A stretch of 64,000 nt of DNA from an uncultured Pseudomonadota bacterium (GCA_963836235.1 CAWIIP010000005.1:160001-224000); one strand, 5' to 3'. Numbered from the stretch's first letter, positions 10,526-20,793 are shown. Numbers and translations: made by a program. Notes: generated from the letters alone by a model not told the origin.

Positions 10526-11638
10526 TCATCCCCCGTTGCTGTCTTTTTCTTTTTTATGGATGTCAATTTCAACATCAAATGGAACAAAAGCCTGTATCCG
10601 GAAGGAATTGGCCCAGACATCCTCGATCCAATGGGACCGCAGCTCAAAATCGAAAGTTACACCATTTTCAATTTCAACGAACCGGCGAACCCCTAACTCC
10701 TCGTAAGTCCGATTTGATTGGTAATAAACCCCGTCCACGCCTAAGGAATTATAGTTGGAGTCCCCCTCTTCCGACATATAGTCCTTCCCAAACCAGGAAA
10801 TACCAAAAAATTGCCACCGGTTATTGGGTGAGAAAATAGCCTTAGTGTAAAGTCCCTCGCCAAAAACGGGGCCAGGATAACCGAGCCGGTTGGTGTCCTT
10901 GCTACCCAAGCCGAATATTTCAAGGGAACTGGACCCTAGGATCGGAAGATATGGTTTAAATACAAACCCTAAGCCAGCCGCCAAATTGTTGCGTACCAGT
11001 CCATCCGTATTGGCCCCGCCCACATGGTAGCCATGGCATTGGCCTTCAACCAGGACGCCTTCCGTTAGGAGAAGCTGGCTTGAACCACCGTAATCGAAAA
11101 TCTCCCGCTCAACATCGGTCAGTAACTGCTGCCAATTAAGGAAAGAATCGAAATTGATGAAGCTGTCTTTTTGGACCCATTCAATCCCGTATTCAATAGG
11201 CCGGGTGAGTTCCAGGGTGGTGACCTCCATGGGTTCAATCAAACCATGCCGATAAACCGGCTGAAGTGTGCCAAAGATGAACTGGGATACGTCGGTATGG
11301 TAGACAAAAGAAAGGATCGGTTGGACATCGGTTTCCACTTCTTGGGCGCTGGGATGGTTGACGAAAAGGCCTCCCCAAATATCCGCGTGACTAGAGGTGG
11401 AAGCGTCCACATAGCTCTCAAACTGCTGTCCCAGGATCGTTTCTCTCACGCGAAAGGGCTCGAAAAACTCGGTATTATCGCCATAAAAAGTGAACTGGTT
11501 CTTCCAAACGACTTCTCCCTGTCCCGAGATGGGAGCCAGGACCGTGCGCTCCATCCACTCCGGGTCTTGAGCCCAGGCCGTTCCGGACATTGCCAGAACA
11601 CATAAAGCCACCAACCTTCCTACGGATTTAATTCCCAT
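10526..11638 (-). CDS. Hypothetical exported protein, probable outer-membrane protein (paralog of 11628..12698)
   Basis: Signal peptide ending AWA; shares TRPIEYG, DSFLNWQQL, EIFDYGG and QSNRTY motifs with its neighbour. Confidence 0.7.
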   Translation of the reverse strand: MGIKSVGRLVALCVLAMSGTAWAQDPEWMERTVLAPISGQGEVVWKNQFTFYGDNTEFFEPFRVRETILGQQFESYVDASTSSHADIWGGLFVNHPSAQEVETDVQPILSFVYHTDVSQFIFGTLQPVYRHGLIEPMEVTTLELTRPIEYGIEWVQKDSFINFDSFLNWQQLLTDVEREIFDYGGSSQLLLTEGVLVEGQCHGYHVGGANTDGLVRNNLAAGLGFVFKPYLPILGSSSLEIFGLGSKDTNRLGYPGPVFGEGLYTKAIFSPNNRWQFFGISWFGKDYMSEEGDSNYNSLGVDGVYYQSNRTYEELGVRRFVEIENGVTFDFELRSHWIEDVWANSFRIQAFVPFDVEIDIHKKEKDSNGG

Positions 11639-12698
11639 TAAAATTTCCTCTTTCTTTTACCGGAACGTCCAATCCAAAGGAAACCCGGGCCAATAACCGG
11701 CCCGAAAAGTCCCAAAGATTGTCGATACAACTGGACCAGACTTCAACTTCCAAGGATTCATCCCCTTGCCCCACAATGAATTTACGCAAACCCAATTCCC
11801 CATAGGTCCGATTGGACTGGTTAAAACCCGGATCCAACCCTTGGGAATTATAATTGGCGTCTCCTTCCCAAGAGAAAAAGTTCCAGCCCTTCCAGAGAAT
11901 TCCGTAAAGCTCGGCGACATTCCAAGGAGTAACAGAGCCCCTTATGTAATCTCCCCATCCCCATTGGGCATCGGTAATCTGGAGGAAGGGACCTTGTAAA
12001 TTTCCACTGAGGAGGCCGTAAGCCGAAAGCGAAGCCGTGCCCAGGAAACCCAGGTCGCCGTGAAGTTGGGCGCCCAAGGCAAAAGCGTAGTTATTCACTA
12101 CCCCAACATAAAAAAGCTTGCCGCCTTGGTGATAGCCATGGAATTGGATTTCGGTATTCAGGCTTCCGTTCAATGGAACTAAGGCCGTTCCGCCATAATC
12201 GAATATCTCGGGATTTCCCGGGGTATTCAGTTGTTGCCAATTGAGGAACGAGTCCGTATTGAACCAGCCATCCTTCTCTTTCCACTGCACACCGTATTCG
12301 ATCGGACGGGTGATCTCGAGGGTTTTCACCTCCAATGACTCCAAAAACCCATGCCGATTCTCGGTCTCTAAAGTTCCAAAAATCATCCTAGTTGTGGAAG
12401 TGAAGTAATCAAAGGAAAGAATGGGTTTTAAATCCAGTGAATCGTCCCACCCATTGGGATGGTCCATAAAAATCCCCGCGGCAATCCCCGTATGTTCACC
12501 TGTCAAAGCCACAAAAGAGCTTTTCCATTGCTGGCCAAAAAGGGTTTCTTCCGAACGAAAGGGGCCGTCAAAGCCCTCTTCGTCTCCATAAAAAGCTAAG
12601 CCATTTTGGAAGGTCACGGGATCTGCCAAGGCTAGGCCTAAGGATCCAAACCATCCAGCAACGGTTAAAATGAAAAATCGAAATATCTTTTTTTTCAT
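11628..12698 (-). CDS. Hypothetical exported protein, probable outer-membrane protein (paralog of 10526..11638)
   Basis: Signal peptide ending ALA; same shared motifs. Confidence 0.7.
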   Translation of the reverse strand: MKKKIFRFFILTVAGWFGSLGLALADPVTFQNGLAFYGDEEGFDGPFRSEETLFGQQWKSSFVALTGEHTGIAAGIFMDHPNGWDDSLDLKPILSFDYFTSTTRMIFGTLETENRHGFLESLEVKTLEITRPIEYGVQWKEKDGWFNTDSFLNWQQLNTPGNPEIFDYGGTALVPLNGSLNTEIQFHGYHQGGKLFYVGVVNNYAFALGAQLHGDLGFLGTASLSAYGLLSGNLQGPFLQITDAQWGWGDYIRGSVTPWNVAELYGILWKGWNFFSWEGDANYNSQGLDPGFNQSNRTYGELGLRKFIVGQGDESLEVEVWSSCIDNLWDFSGRLLARVSFGLDVPVKERGNFNGN

Positions 12699-12720
12699 GG
12701 GTATGTTTGGGGCATAAACA

Positions 12721-12745
12721 AAAACGGGCCCAATGGGCCCGTTTT
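12721..12745. terminator. Hairpin/terminator after the TPR-barrel gene
   Basis: AAAACGGGCCCA-A-TGGGCCCGTTTT inverted repeat with flanking A/T runs. Confidence 0.7.
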
Positions 12746-12768
12746 AAAAGTGATACCTAAGAAGTTAA

Positions 12769-14259
12769 TCAGAATGAGAAGGACAAATTCACTCCACCTT
12801 CGATGCCGCTGAAATCCAAAGTTAAAGGAGTTGTCGAATCCCCCTTAGGAATGTTGGAGTAACCATTGGTATTGCCGCTTGCTGTTCCAACAGCCCCGGT
12901 TTTGGTATCGACTACAAGCGTACTCCCCGCATTTTGGAAACTAGACGCGCTCAAATAACGGTAACCAATATAGGGACCCAAGGCTATTCCCTTGCCCAAA
13001 CTGAAATCCACGCCAAGAATAGCTTGGGCATTAAAAGCCGTAGTGCTATAAGTTCCGGTGCTGGTATCGGTACCGAGTTGTATGGTTCCAGTAGTGTCAA
13101 AAGATTGCTTAGTGAACGTGGTGCTGACGGGTGAAATGCCTCCACCCAATCCCAAGTAACCCTTCACCTTGTCGTCCCCGAAAAGAATCTTGAACCCTAA
13201 ATCAGCCGTGATGATCGACGTATTAAAAATGTATTTCCAGACATCTGCATTAGTTCCTAGCATGAACCCACTATTAGGATTGGTGGTATAACCCGGGTTA
13301 TAATCGAAAGTGGTATAAGACAAATTTCCCACCGGGAAATATCCGATCGCCAGGTTGATCTCGAAATTTTTCCCCAATTGGACATAAGGCTCGAATTCGG
13401 GAAGGGCAATGACGTTTGGAGTGATCCCATTGAGGGAAACGCTTTGGGCAGCCGTCACATACTGTTTGATCTGGGTTGGATCAGCGAAAATATATTCTAT
13501 ACCACCCATCAAATGAAAGCCGACACTCGTGTCGTTGCCTTTTTCACCGGTGGCGCTCCCTCCACTGGCCATAGCCGTTCCCGTATATTTGGCGACTTGG
13601 TCATCCACCCACTGCTGATCATCTGCGGAAAGGGTGGCCTTTACCCGGTCGGCGTAAGCCTTAATGGAAGCATTGGGCTGTTTGGCGTTGGCGATAGCAA
13701 AATAAAGGGCCGCATTCTTGGCGTTTCCGGTGTTGTAGTAAGCGTATCCGGCGTAATAGTAAGGCCGGTAATCGTTAGGATTCTGTTGGATAGCCGCGTT
13801 GAAATACTGGATAGCTTGGGCATATTGGCGTTGTTGAAATAAGGAGTAACCCGTATTTAAGTAATTCGGAGCGGCTTGCGCCTGTCCCATCCCAGCTCCA
13901 GGCGTTGCTCCAGTACCACCGACTTGGGCTTGGAGATTTTGCACAAATTGGGCTAATTGAGCGTTACCCGGCTGTAATGCCGAGGCCCTTTGGTAAAAAG
14001 TAAGCGCGTCCGCCTTGCGGCCCAGGGCGTAGTAACAATTTCCCAATCCTTGGTAAGCCTGGCCATTATTGGGGTTCATTTTTACGGCGGCATTATAGTA
14101 CTGGGCGGCCTGGACGTAATTTTTCGCGCTATAATACTGATTGCCGGCGGCATAATATTGATCCGACGAGGCTCCTTGGGCTCCTACTGAAGCTGGCATC
14201 CACGCATTCGAGAACCCCGCCAAAATGAAAATGAAACCCCAGGTCTTCATGCCTCGCAT
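12769..14259 (-). CDS. TPR-repeat protein with C-terminal outer-membrane beta-barrel-like domain
   Basis: Two TPR clusters (AYQGLGNCYYALG; YYYAGYAYY), then amphipathic strands ending GGVNLSFSF. Start placed after a GGAGG RBS. Confidence 0.75.
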   Translation of the reverse strand: MRGMKTWGFIFILAGFSNAWMPASVGAQGASSDQYYAAGNQYYSAKNYVQAAQYYNAAVKMNPNNGQAYQGLGNCYYALGRKADALTFYQRASALQPGNAQLAQFVQNLQAQVGGTGATPGAGMGQAQAAPNYLNTGYSLFQQRQYAQAIQYFNAAIQQNPNDYRPYYYAGYAYYNTGNAKNAALYFAIANAKQPNASIKAYADRVKATLSADDQQWVDDQVAKYTGTAMASGGSATGEKGNDTSVGFHLMGGIEYIFADPTQIKQYVTAAQSVSLNGITPNVIALPEFEPYVQLGKNFEINLAIGYFPVGNLSYTTFDYNPGYTTNPNSGFMLGTNADVWKYIFNTSIITADLGFKILFGDDKVKGYLGLGGGISPVSTTFTKQSFDTTGTIQLGTDTSTGTYSTTAFNAQAILGVDFSLGKGIALGPYIGYRYLSASSFQNAGSTLVVDTKTGAVGTASGNTNGYSNIPKGDSTTPLTLDFSGIEGGVNLSFSF

Positions 14260-14442
14260 TGCCGCCTCCGGTAAATGGGTTCTAAGTCGATTAAGATATG
14301 TTTTCAAGCTTTAAAGCATTGGACATTATAAAGTTTAAAAAAAACCCGTCTAGGAAAATGATTCCCTCTAAGCGGATTGAGTTTTAACGGTTTTTACCGG
14401 ATTTCCAGGGATTTAAACCATTCCGAATAAAGTTTGCGATTT

Positions 14443-15648
14443 TCAGGAAGAAGCCGGTGTCGCGACCGGAGCTTCCACTTCCCGGGCCCCTTCCTGAGGC
14501 TCATTCACATAAACTTGGGGAGAAATGTTGACTTGTTTTTTATACTCCCCACGAACCCGATCCACAAAGGCTTGGGAGTCGGCCGCCTTCACCAGGCAAA
14601 CCAACGCCCCTCCCCAACCGATACCCATCATGCGGGAACCGAGGCAACCGGGTTGATCGCGGACCACACGGGTCAGGATGTCCACTTCCTGGCAGGTCGC
14701 CTTCAATTTATCCGCCAGGGAATCGTGGGATTCGTTCAAAAGCTGTCCGAACCCGGCGTAATCGGCCTTGACCAGTAAGTCCTTTGCTTTTTTCACACGT
14801 TGATTTTCATAGACCACGTGGTCCAACCGCTTGCGCAGAATAATGTCGATGTTCTTGCGGGCCGTCTCATAAGCTTCCCCCCCGACATCTCTCAAGGAAA
14901 TAACTTTTGGAACGAATTTCCGGATTTCCACCAACAACTGGTTGAAAAGTTCGAGGCGCTTTTTGAACTCCTCTTCCCTTTCTTTTTTACGGACGCCGCT
15001 GTCAACCACCACCAACTTGTAGTTTTGGGAGTCAAAAGGTATGTATTCCGGCTTAAAGGTCCGGGCGTCGAATAAAACCAGTTGGTCTTTCTTGGCGAAT
15101 TTGATCGCATAAGGCGAAAAGTAATCTCCGCGCATGGACATAAATTGGCTTTCCACGCGATGGCAAAGTTTGGCCAGCGTGGCGTCGTCCAGGGGATGGG
15201 TACCCAGGTCATTACAGGCCACAGCAGTGGCAACCGTAATAGCTGCCGAAGTTCCCATGCCGATTCCTTCCGGCATGTCCGCGGCCACCACCATCTGGAT
15301 CCCATCTAACTTGCGCCCGGTCCGTTCGTAAAAATAAAGAACGCCTTTAGGAAAATTTGCCCATCCATCGGCCCGATCAAACTTCAAAGTGGTAAGGGAA
15401 ACCTTGATTTTTTCCTCATAATTCAAGGAATGGATAAAAGCCATCTTGTCTCCCCTTCGCTGGGCGGCCACCACCACCAAGTGATTGCCCGCCGCCAAAA
15501 GACTGAACCCATCCACAGCTTCTGTGTATTCCCCACCCAATAATGTCAAGCGGCTTGGGGCCACGACCATAGTAATCTTTCGTCCGGAATCACCATATTG
15601 GTGGATAAAAGTGGCTTGGGCTTTTTTAACGAGTTCTTCAAGTGGCAT
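14443..15648 (-). CDS. Galactokinase-like GHMP kinase with degenerate active-site motifs
   Basis: GalK-like layout (APSRLTLLG, WANFPKGV, HVVYENQRV, FGQLLNESHDSL, GSRMMGIGWGG); substrate and catalytic motifs altered. Confidence 0.8.
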   Translation of the reverse strand: MPLEELVKKAQATFIHQYGDSGRKITMVVAPSRLTLLGGEYTEAVDGFSLLAAGNHLVVVAAQRRGDKMAFIHSLNYEEKIKVSLTTLKFDRADGWANFPKGVLYFYERTGRKLDGIQMVVAADMPEGIGMGTSAAITVATAVACNDLGTHPLDDATLAKLCHRVESQFMSMRGDYFSPYAIKFAKKDQLVLFDARTFKPEYIPFDSQNYKLVVVDSGVRKKEREEEFKKRLELFNQLLVEIRKFVPKVISLRDVGGEAYETARKNIDIILRKRLDHVVYENQRVKKAKDLLVKADYAGFGQLLNESHDSLADKLKATCQEVDILTRVVRDQPGCLGSRMMGIGWGGALVCLVKAADSQAFVDRVRGEYKKQVNISPQVYVNEPQEGAREVEAPVATPASS

Positions 15649-15662
15649 AAATCCTCCGGGAA

Positions 15663-16484
15663 CTATTTGTGGAATAAAACCAAGTAAAAAAAAAGGACGG
15701 GGGCGTTAAAGAGTAAACTGTCGATCCGGTCAAAGACACCGCCGTGACCCGGAAGCAAAGAACCCGAATCCTTGGCGGAGAGACTGCGTTTGATAAGTGA
15801 TTCTACCAGATCGCCCAGTTGCCCAAACAAAGAAAGTAGGAGAGAAAGCGCCAAAACATCCAGGAGAGAAAAAGTTTGGGCAAAAATTGGCACAATTTTC
15901 CACAGAAGGAGTAATCCCGCCAAGACCAGTACAAGTCCACCTATGCAACCTTCTATGGATTTGTTAGGGGAAGCCAAGGGAGCGAAATGATGTTTTCCCC
16001 ATCGATTCCCCGCGAAATAGCCTCCAGTGTCATAGGCCCATGTAGCAACATAAAGCCAAAGAAGGAACCAAGCGCCTTGGGATAAATCTCTTAAAAGCAA
16101 AAAATAACGGCCTAAAATACCGAAGTAAATGGCACCAAAAAAAGTGACACTGACAGAAACTACCATTTCCTTTAAAGGCCGTTTGGACCAGAGGAAAGAA
16201 AGAGTTAAAACAAAAAGTCCCAGTGCGAAAACATCGCCCTCACCCAAAGACAAAAAAGGCATGGCGACGCAAGGTAAAAGAAGAAGGCCGAACACGGCCA
16301 AACCTTCTACCCGCAAGGTTCTTAATTTATGGGCATCCGCCAACTGAAAATATTCCATCAAGGCCAAACCCAAACCCATGGACACGATCACTTTAAAAGG
16401 TAATACCCAACCGCAAAAAGTAAGTGCCAGCAGAGCGGGAATTCCCACCATGGACACAAGGATCCGCTTGGTTAGGGTGCCCAC
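15663..16484 (-). CDS. cdsA: Phosphatidate cytidylyltransferase
   Basis: SPNKSIEG, GDLVESLIKR..SAKDSG.LLPGHGGVFDRIDS; polytopic membrane protein. Confidence 0.95.
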   Translation of the reverse strand: MGTLTKRILVSMVGIPALLALTFCGWVLPFKVIVSMGLGLALMEYFQLADAHKLRTLRVEGLAVFGLLLLPCVAMPFLSLGEGDVFALGLFVLTLSFLWSKRPLKEMVVSVSVTFFGAIYFGILGRYFLLLRDLSQGAWFLLWLYVATWAYDTGGYFAGNRWGKHHFAPLASPNKSIEGCIGGLVLVLAGLLLLWKIVPIFAQTFSLLDVLALSLLLSLFGQLGDLVESLIKRSLSAKDSGSLLPGHGGVFDRIDSLLFNAPVLFFYLVLFHK

Positions 16485-17254
16485 GAGGTTACACTCCCCA
16501 TAATGCTTTCAACCCCTCCAAACCGCCTTTGGCGGGTCTGAAAGTCGCGCAAGGCGGCGATAAAATGAGGTGTCCTGAAATCCGGCCAAAGGGTTTTGGT
16601 GACGTGGAATTCGGAGTAGGCCAATTCCCAAAGAAGAAAATTAGAAACCCTCATTTCCCCGCTGGTGCGGATTAATAGGTCCACCTCCGGTAATTGACTT
16701 GTGGAGAGAAACCCCGCGATTATTTTTTCGGAAATGGCAACCGGATTTAATTTCCCCGCCTTAACTTGTTGAGCGATCTTTTTAACCGCCCTTGTCAAAT
16801 CATTTCGGCCGCTATAGGACAAGGCCAATACCAGCTTTAAACCCGTGCAATGGGACGTCGCCTGAATGGATTTTTTAAGTTCTTCTCGAATTTCAATGGG
16901 AAGGTCCTCGGCATGTCCAATGGTTTGAAGCTGAACGTTATTTTGTAAAAGTTCTTCCACTTCATTGCGCAAGTATTGTTTTAAAAGTTGCATTAGAAGA
17001 CTGACTTCCCGGCGGGGCCTTTTCCAGTTTTCGGTGGAAAAAGCGTAAAGAGTCAGGGTTTCCAATCCAAATTCACCTGATAATCTTACGATTTCTCGGA
17101 TGGAATGGGCTCCGGCTCGGTGGCCGGCAATGCGAGGTAAATGACGCTTTTTCGCCCACCGACCATTGCCATCCATGATGATGGCAACGTGGCGGGGCAA
17201 ATGCGATTTCAAGCGGTAACGTTTAAGAAGGGCGGCCTTTTTGGGGGTTTCCAC
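16472..17254 (-). CDS. uppS: Undecaprenyl diphosphate synthase
   Basis: HVAIIMDGNGRWA, YAFSTENWKR, DLLIRTSGEMRVSNFLLW. Confidence 0.97.
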   Translation of the reverse strand: METPKKAALLKRYRLKSHLPRHVAIIMDGNGRWAKKRHLPRIAGHRAGAHSIREIVRLSGEFGLETLTLYAFSTENWKRPRREVSLLMQLLKQYLRNEVEELLQNNVQLQTIGHAEDLPIEIREELKKSIQATSHCTGLKLVLALSYSGRNDLTRAVKKIAQQVKAGKLNPVAISEKIIAGFLSTSQLPEVDLLIRTSGEMRVSNFLLWELAYSEFHVTKTLWPDFRTPHFIAALRDFQTRQRRFGGVESIMGSVTSWAP

Positions 17255-17262
17255 AGCCTTGG

Positions 17263-17829
17263 TTAGAACTCCATGATTTCTTTTTCTTTGTGCTCACTGA
17301 GTTTCCCAATTTCCTGCGTATAAAGATCCGTCGTTTTCTGGATTCGCTCGTGAAATTTCTTGAAGTCGTCTTCGGGAATTTCTTTTTTCATGTGATCCAA
17401 ATCCTTGTTGGCATCCTGCCGGATACTTCGAATAGCCACCCTTCCACCTTCGGCGTGCTTGTGAACCAACTTCACGAATTCCTTCCGCCGTTCTTCGGTC
17501 AGGGGGGGCATCGAAAGCCGGATGACTTTCCCATCGTTGTTGGGGGAGATTCCCAAATCGCTTTTTTGAAGGGCCTTTTCGATTTCCATCAAAGCCTGGG
17601 GGTCCCAGGGTTTCATTTCCAGGGTTCGGGAATCGGGCACCGAAATATTGGCCACCTGGTTTAAGGGAACAAACGAGCCGTAATACTCGACTTTAATATT
17701 TTCCACCAGGGCTGCGGAGGCCCTGCCCGTCCGAACAGTGGAAAACTCCCGTTTGGTGGCGTCGACGGCTTTCTTCATTTTGGATTCAGCATCATTTAAG
17801 ACTTGGTTCGCGTCTGCCATGGTTTCCAC
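17263..17829 (-). CDS. frr: Ribosome recycling factor
   Basis: VRTGRAS, PPLTEERRKE; conserved pyrH-frr-uppS order. Confidence 0.97.
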   Translation of the reverse strand: METMADANQVLNDAESKMKKAVDATKREFSTVRTGRASAALVENIKVEYYGSFVPLNQVANISVPDSRTLEMKPWDPQALMEIEKALQKSDLGISPNNDGKVIRLSMPPLTEERRKEFVKLVHKHAEGGRVAIRSIRQDANKDLDHMKKEIPEDDFKKFHERIQKTTDLYTQEIGKLSEHKEKEIMEF

Positions 17830-17945
17830 CTCAAAAATCAGAATCCCATCCGATAACTGCGCTTCAAAAAGGGGGTGAGTTATTTTTCATTTATAAAAAA
17901 TTTCTTCCCTATCTTTCGGCGTCTTCGTTCTGGACTTTTGTTTTA

Positions 17946-18710
17946 TCAGTTTTTAACAACCGTTCCAATCGGTTCACCGCAAACCGCGCGTTGGATGTTA
18001 CCGGGTTGATGAAGATCGAAAACAACGATGGGAAGCTTGTTTTCCATGCAAAGGGTAAGGGCGGTCGTATCCATGACCCGTAGTTGGCGATTGATCGCGT
18101 CGATATAAGTGAGGTTCTTGAACTTCTTGGCCTGGGGGTCCTTCTTGGGGTCCGCGCTATAAATGCCGTCCACGTTGGTGGCTTTGAGGATAGCGTCCGC
18201 CCCGATCTCGATGGCTCTTAGCGCCGCAGCCGTATCGGTAGTGAAGTAGGGATTTCCCGTTCCGCCTGCGAAGATAACGATGCGGCCCTTTTCCATGTGC
18301 CGTAACGCCCGGCGCCGAATATAGGGCTCGGCGACTTTGGACATTTCAATGGCGCTTTGGACTCTGGTGTGAGCCCCTTGTTGCTCGAGAGCGTTTTGAA
18401 GCGCGAGCGCATTGATCAAAGTGGCCAGCATACCCATGTAATCCGAGGAAACCCGGTCCATTCCCATGCGTTCACCATCGGCGCCCCGGTAGATATTGCC
18501 GCCGCCGATGACAAGGGCGATTTCCACCCCGGATTTTTGGACATCATAGACCGCTCCAGCAATGGCCCGGACGACCTTTTCATCGATACGGTGTTCATTG
18601 TCTCCTGCCAAAGCCTCACCTGAGAGCTTTAGCAACACCCGGCGGTAAACCGGCTTCGACTTTGAACTTTTAGGAACCTTTGGAGCCATTTTCTTTTCCA
18701 TGAAAGACAT
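17946..18710 (-). CDS. pyrH: UMP kinase
   Basis: [37 protein letters not shown]. Confidence 0.97.
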   Translation of the reverse strand: MSFMEKKMAPKVPKSSKSKPVYRRVLLKLSGEALAGDNEHRIDEKVVRAIAGAVYDVQKSGVEIALVIGGGNIYRGADGERMGMDRVSSDYMGMLATLINALALQNALEQQGAHTRVQSAIEMSKVAEPYIRRRALRHMEKGRIVIFAGGTGNPYFTTDTAAALRAIEIGADAILKATNVDGIYSADPKKDPQAKKFKNLTYIDAINRQLRVMDTTALTLCMENKLPIVVFDLHQPGNIQRAVCGEPIGTVVKN

Positions 18711-18729
18711 TTCAAAAGGCAGTCAAGTG

Positions 18730-18750
18730 GCCGCCAGCTTAACTGGCGGC
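18730..18750. terminator. Hairpin after tsf
   Basis: GCCGCCAG-cttaa-CTGGCGGC inverted repeat; weak U tract. Confidence 0.45.
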
Positions 18751-18758
18751 GGTGATAA

Positions 18759-19349
18759 TTACTCGCCTAATTGCAGCCTTGAGAACCGGCGGACCACCAC
18801 GTTTTCACCCAGTTTAGCTGCCACTTCGGTAACATATTGCTTGACGCTTTTTTTAGGCTCACGAATGTAGGGCTGGTCCATCAGGCACACCTGTTTATAG
18901 TAGCTTTCGATCTTGCCTTCGGCGATTTTCGCTTGGACAGCTTCCGGTTTGCCCGATTGTTTTGCTTCGTTCATATAAATTTCGCGTTCTTTATCTAATT
19001 CGGTCGCTGGAACTTCTTCCCGGTTGACATACTTGGGAGCTGACGCAGCCACTTGCATGGCTAATTCCTTGGCTAGGTTCTGGAAATCATCCGTTTTGGC
19101 CACGAAATCCGTCTCGCAATTGACCTCGACTAAAACTCCCACTTTGCCACTATGGACGTAGTTCCCAATGATTCCTTGGTTGGCGCTGCGCCCGGAGCGC
19201 TTAGCCACTTGGGACATCCCCTTTTCCCGTAGCCAAACCACCGCCTTCTCGAAGTCACCCATTGTTTCTGACAAGGCTTTCTTACAATCCATCATTCCTG
19301 CGCCGGTTTTTTCGCGCAAGTCTTTTACGGCTGTTGCTGTAATTTCCAT
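18759..19349 (-). CDS. tsf: Elongation factor Ts (short form); the frame stays open upstream to 19535
   Basis: [36 protein letters not shown]; GGAGG RBS before the ATG at 19349. Confidence 0.96.
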   Translation of the reverse strand: MEITATAVKDLREKTGAGMMDCKKALSETMGDFEKAVVWLREKGMSQVAKRSGRSANQGIIGNYVHSGKVGVLVEVNCETDFVAKTDDFQNLAKELAMQVAASAPKYVNREEVPATELDKEREIYMNEAKQSGKPEAVQAKIAEGKIESYYKQVCLMDQPYIREPKKSVKQYVTEVAAKLGENVVVRRFSRLQLGE

Positions 19350-19541
19350 TCCATTTTCCTCCAGATCATTGCCGCACTCGGGACATTTTCCAGGCGTGTT
19401 GCTTATGATGCCGTCCTTTTTACATATATACATGGATTTGCTATCTTCTGGGACACCCGACGTTGCCCTCATTTCTAAAAATCCTTTTAGGGCACAAAAA
19501 AACTGAGTGGCACCATACCCTCCCGCTTCCTTCAAGCCATA

Positions 19542-20519
19542 TCAGGGTTTGTCGTCCCTCACACGCTTGGTGCGGATACGTTCGACCTTTTCACTGGCCA
19601 ATTCGTCGGCAATGACTGCAACCGTTTCAGCGTCACCTGCCAGGGTTTCCACGCCGCCCACTAGGAGTTCAGCCACTTCTTTTTGCTCGGGGATTTCCTC
19701 AATTTGGATTTCGGCTTCAACCACTGCGACTTCACCTTCGGCTGGAACAGATTTTTCCTGCTCGGCCGCGGCCAGCATTTCCGCGCCCACTTCGCTGGGC
19801 CCAACCGCTCCTTCAGCGGAAATTTCTTTGCCTTCCAATTCTTTGGAACGACCTTCCAAAATAGCGCTGGCCATGACAGAAGTCATGAGCTTTACAGCGC
19901 GGATGGCGTCGTCGTTTCCAGGAATGACCACGTCTACTTCGCCAGGGTCACAATTAGTATCCACCACCGCAATCACGGGAATCCCCAATTTACGAGCTTC
20001 CTGAACCGCTATATGTTCTTTCTTGGTGTCGATTACAAAAATAGCCCCGGGCAGTTTTCCGACATTTTTAATTCCACCCAAAGACCTTTGAAGCTTACTT
20101 TTATCTTTGTTCAATCCTGCCTGTTCTTTTTTAGAACGGTCATTCATTTCCTGTTCGGAAATACTCTCCAATTCTTTCAAATAGCCGATAGATTTTTTGA
20201 TGGTGGTAAAGTTGGTGAGCATTCCGCCCAGCCATCGGTAGTTGACATAAGGCATTCCACAGCGATCCGCCTCTTCCTTGATGGCGTCCTGGGCCTGTTT
20301 TTTGGTACCAACAAACACGATGGTCTCACCCGAGGCCGCCAGGTCTTTCACGAATTGGTAGGCTTCCTTGAGCTTTTTGACGGTTTTTTGAAGGTCGATA
20401 ATGTGAATCCCATTACGCTCCCCGAATATATAGAGGGCCATCTTGGGATTCCAACGGCGGGTCTGGTGACCGAAATGCACACCAGCTTCTAACAACTGCT
20501 TCATTGAAACAGACATCAT
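19542..20519 (-). CDS. rpsB: 30S ribosomal protein S2 with long acidic C-terminal tail
   Basis: [37 protein letters not shown]. Confidence 0.98.
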   Translation of the reverse strand: MMSVSMKQLLEAGVHFGHQTRRWNPKMALYIFGERNGIHIIDLQKTVKKLKEAYQFVKDLAASGETIVFVGTKKQAQDAIKEEADRCGMPYVNYRWLGGMLTNFTTIKKSIGYLKELESISEQEMNDRSKKEQAGLNKDKSKLQRSLGGIKNVGKLPGAIFVIDTKKEHIAVQEARKLGIPVIAVVDTNCDPGEVDVVIPGNDDAIRAVKLMTSVMASAILEGRSKELEGKEISAEGAVGPSEVGAEMLAAAEQEKSVPAEGEVAVVEAEIQIEEIPEQKEVAELLVGGVETLAGDAETVAVIADELASEKVERIRTKRVRDDKP

Positions 20520-20793
20520 GGTACGGCTCCTTTAAGTTTTTCCACCGCTTCTTCTTACCACCGAGAGTGGATTCCTTTCCAACCAAGAGGCCACTGAAAG
20601 GAACGTTGAAAGAGCGTGAGAGATGGGCCGCATTTACTGCCGGGCCCGCTTCAACTGGGCCGAAGCCTGTTGAAGCGGTATGGTTATAACATGCGCCACC
20701 GACGGCAACAAGGGGTAATCAAAGGGAAAAACGATCTTTTAGAGGCTTTGGGCCACCCAAGGTAGCTCGGTAAGAAGTTTCAACAAGGGATTG

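Noticed and set aside
10525-10647. N-terminal extension of the MtaB ORF
   Set aside because: Overlaps the upstream gene; the conserved MtaB sequence begins just after the GTG at 10524.
19683-20492. 269-aa plus-strand ORF
   Set aside because: Antisense to the highly conserved rpsB.
20520-20700. rpsB autoregulatory leader RNA
   Set aside because: Plausible by position, but I could not confirm the conserved structure by eye.
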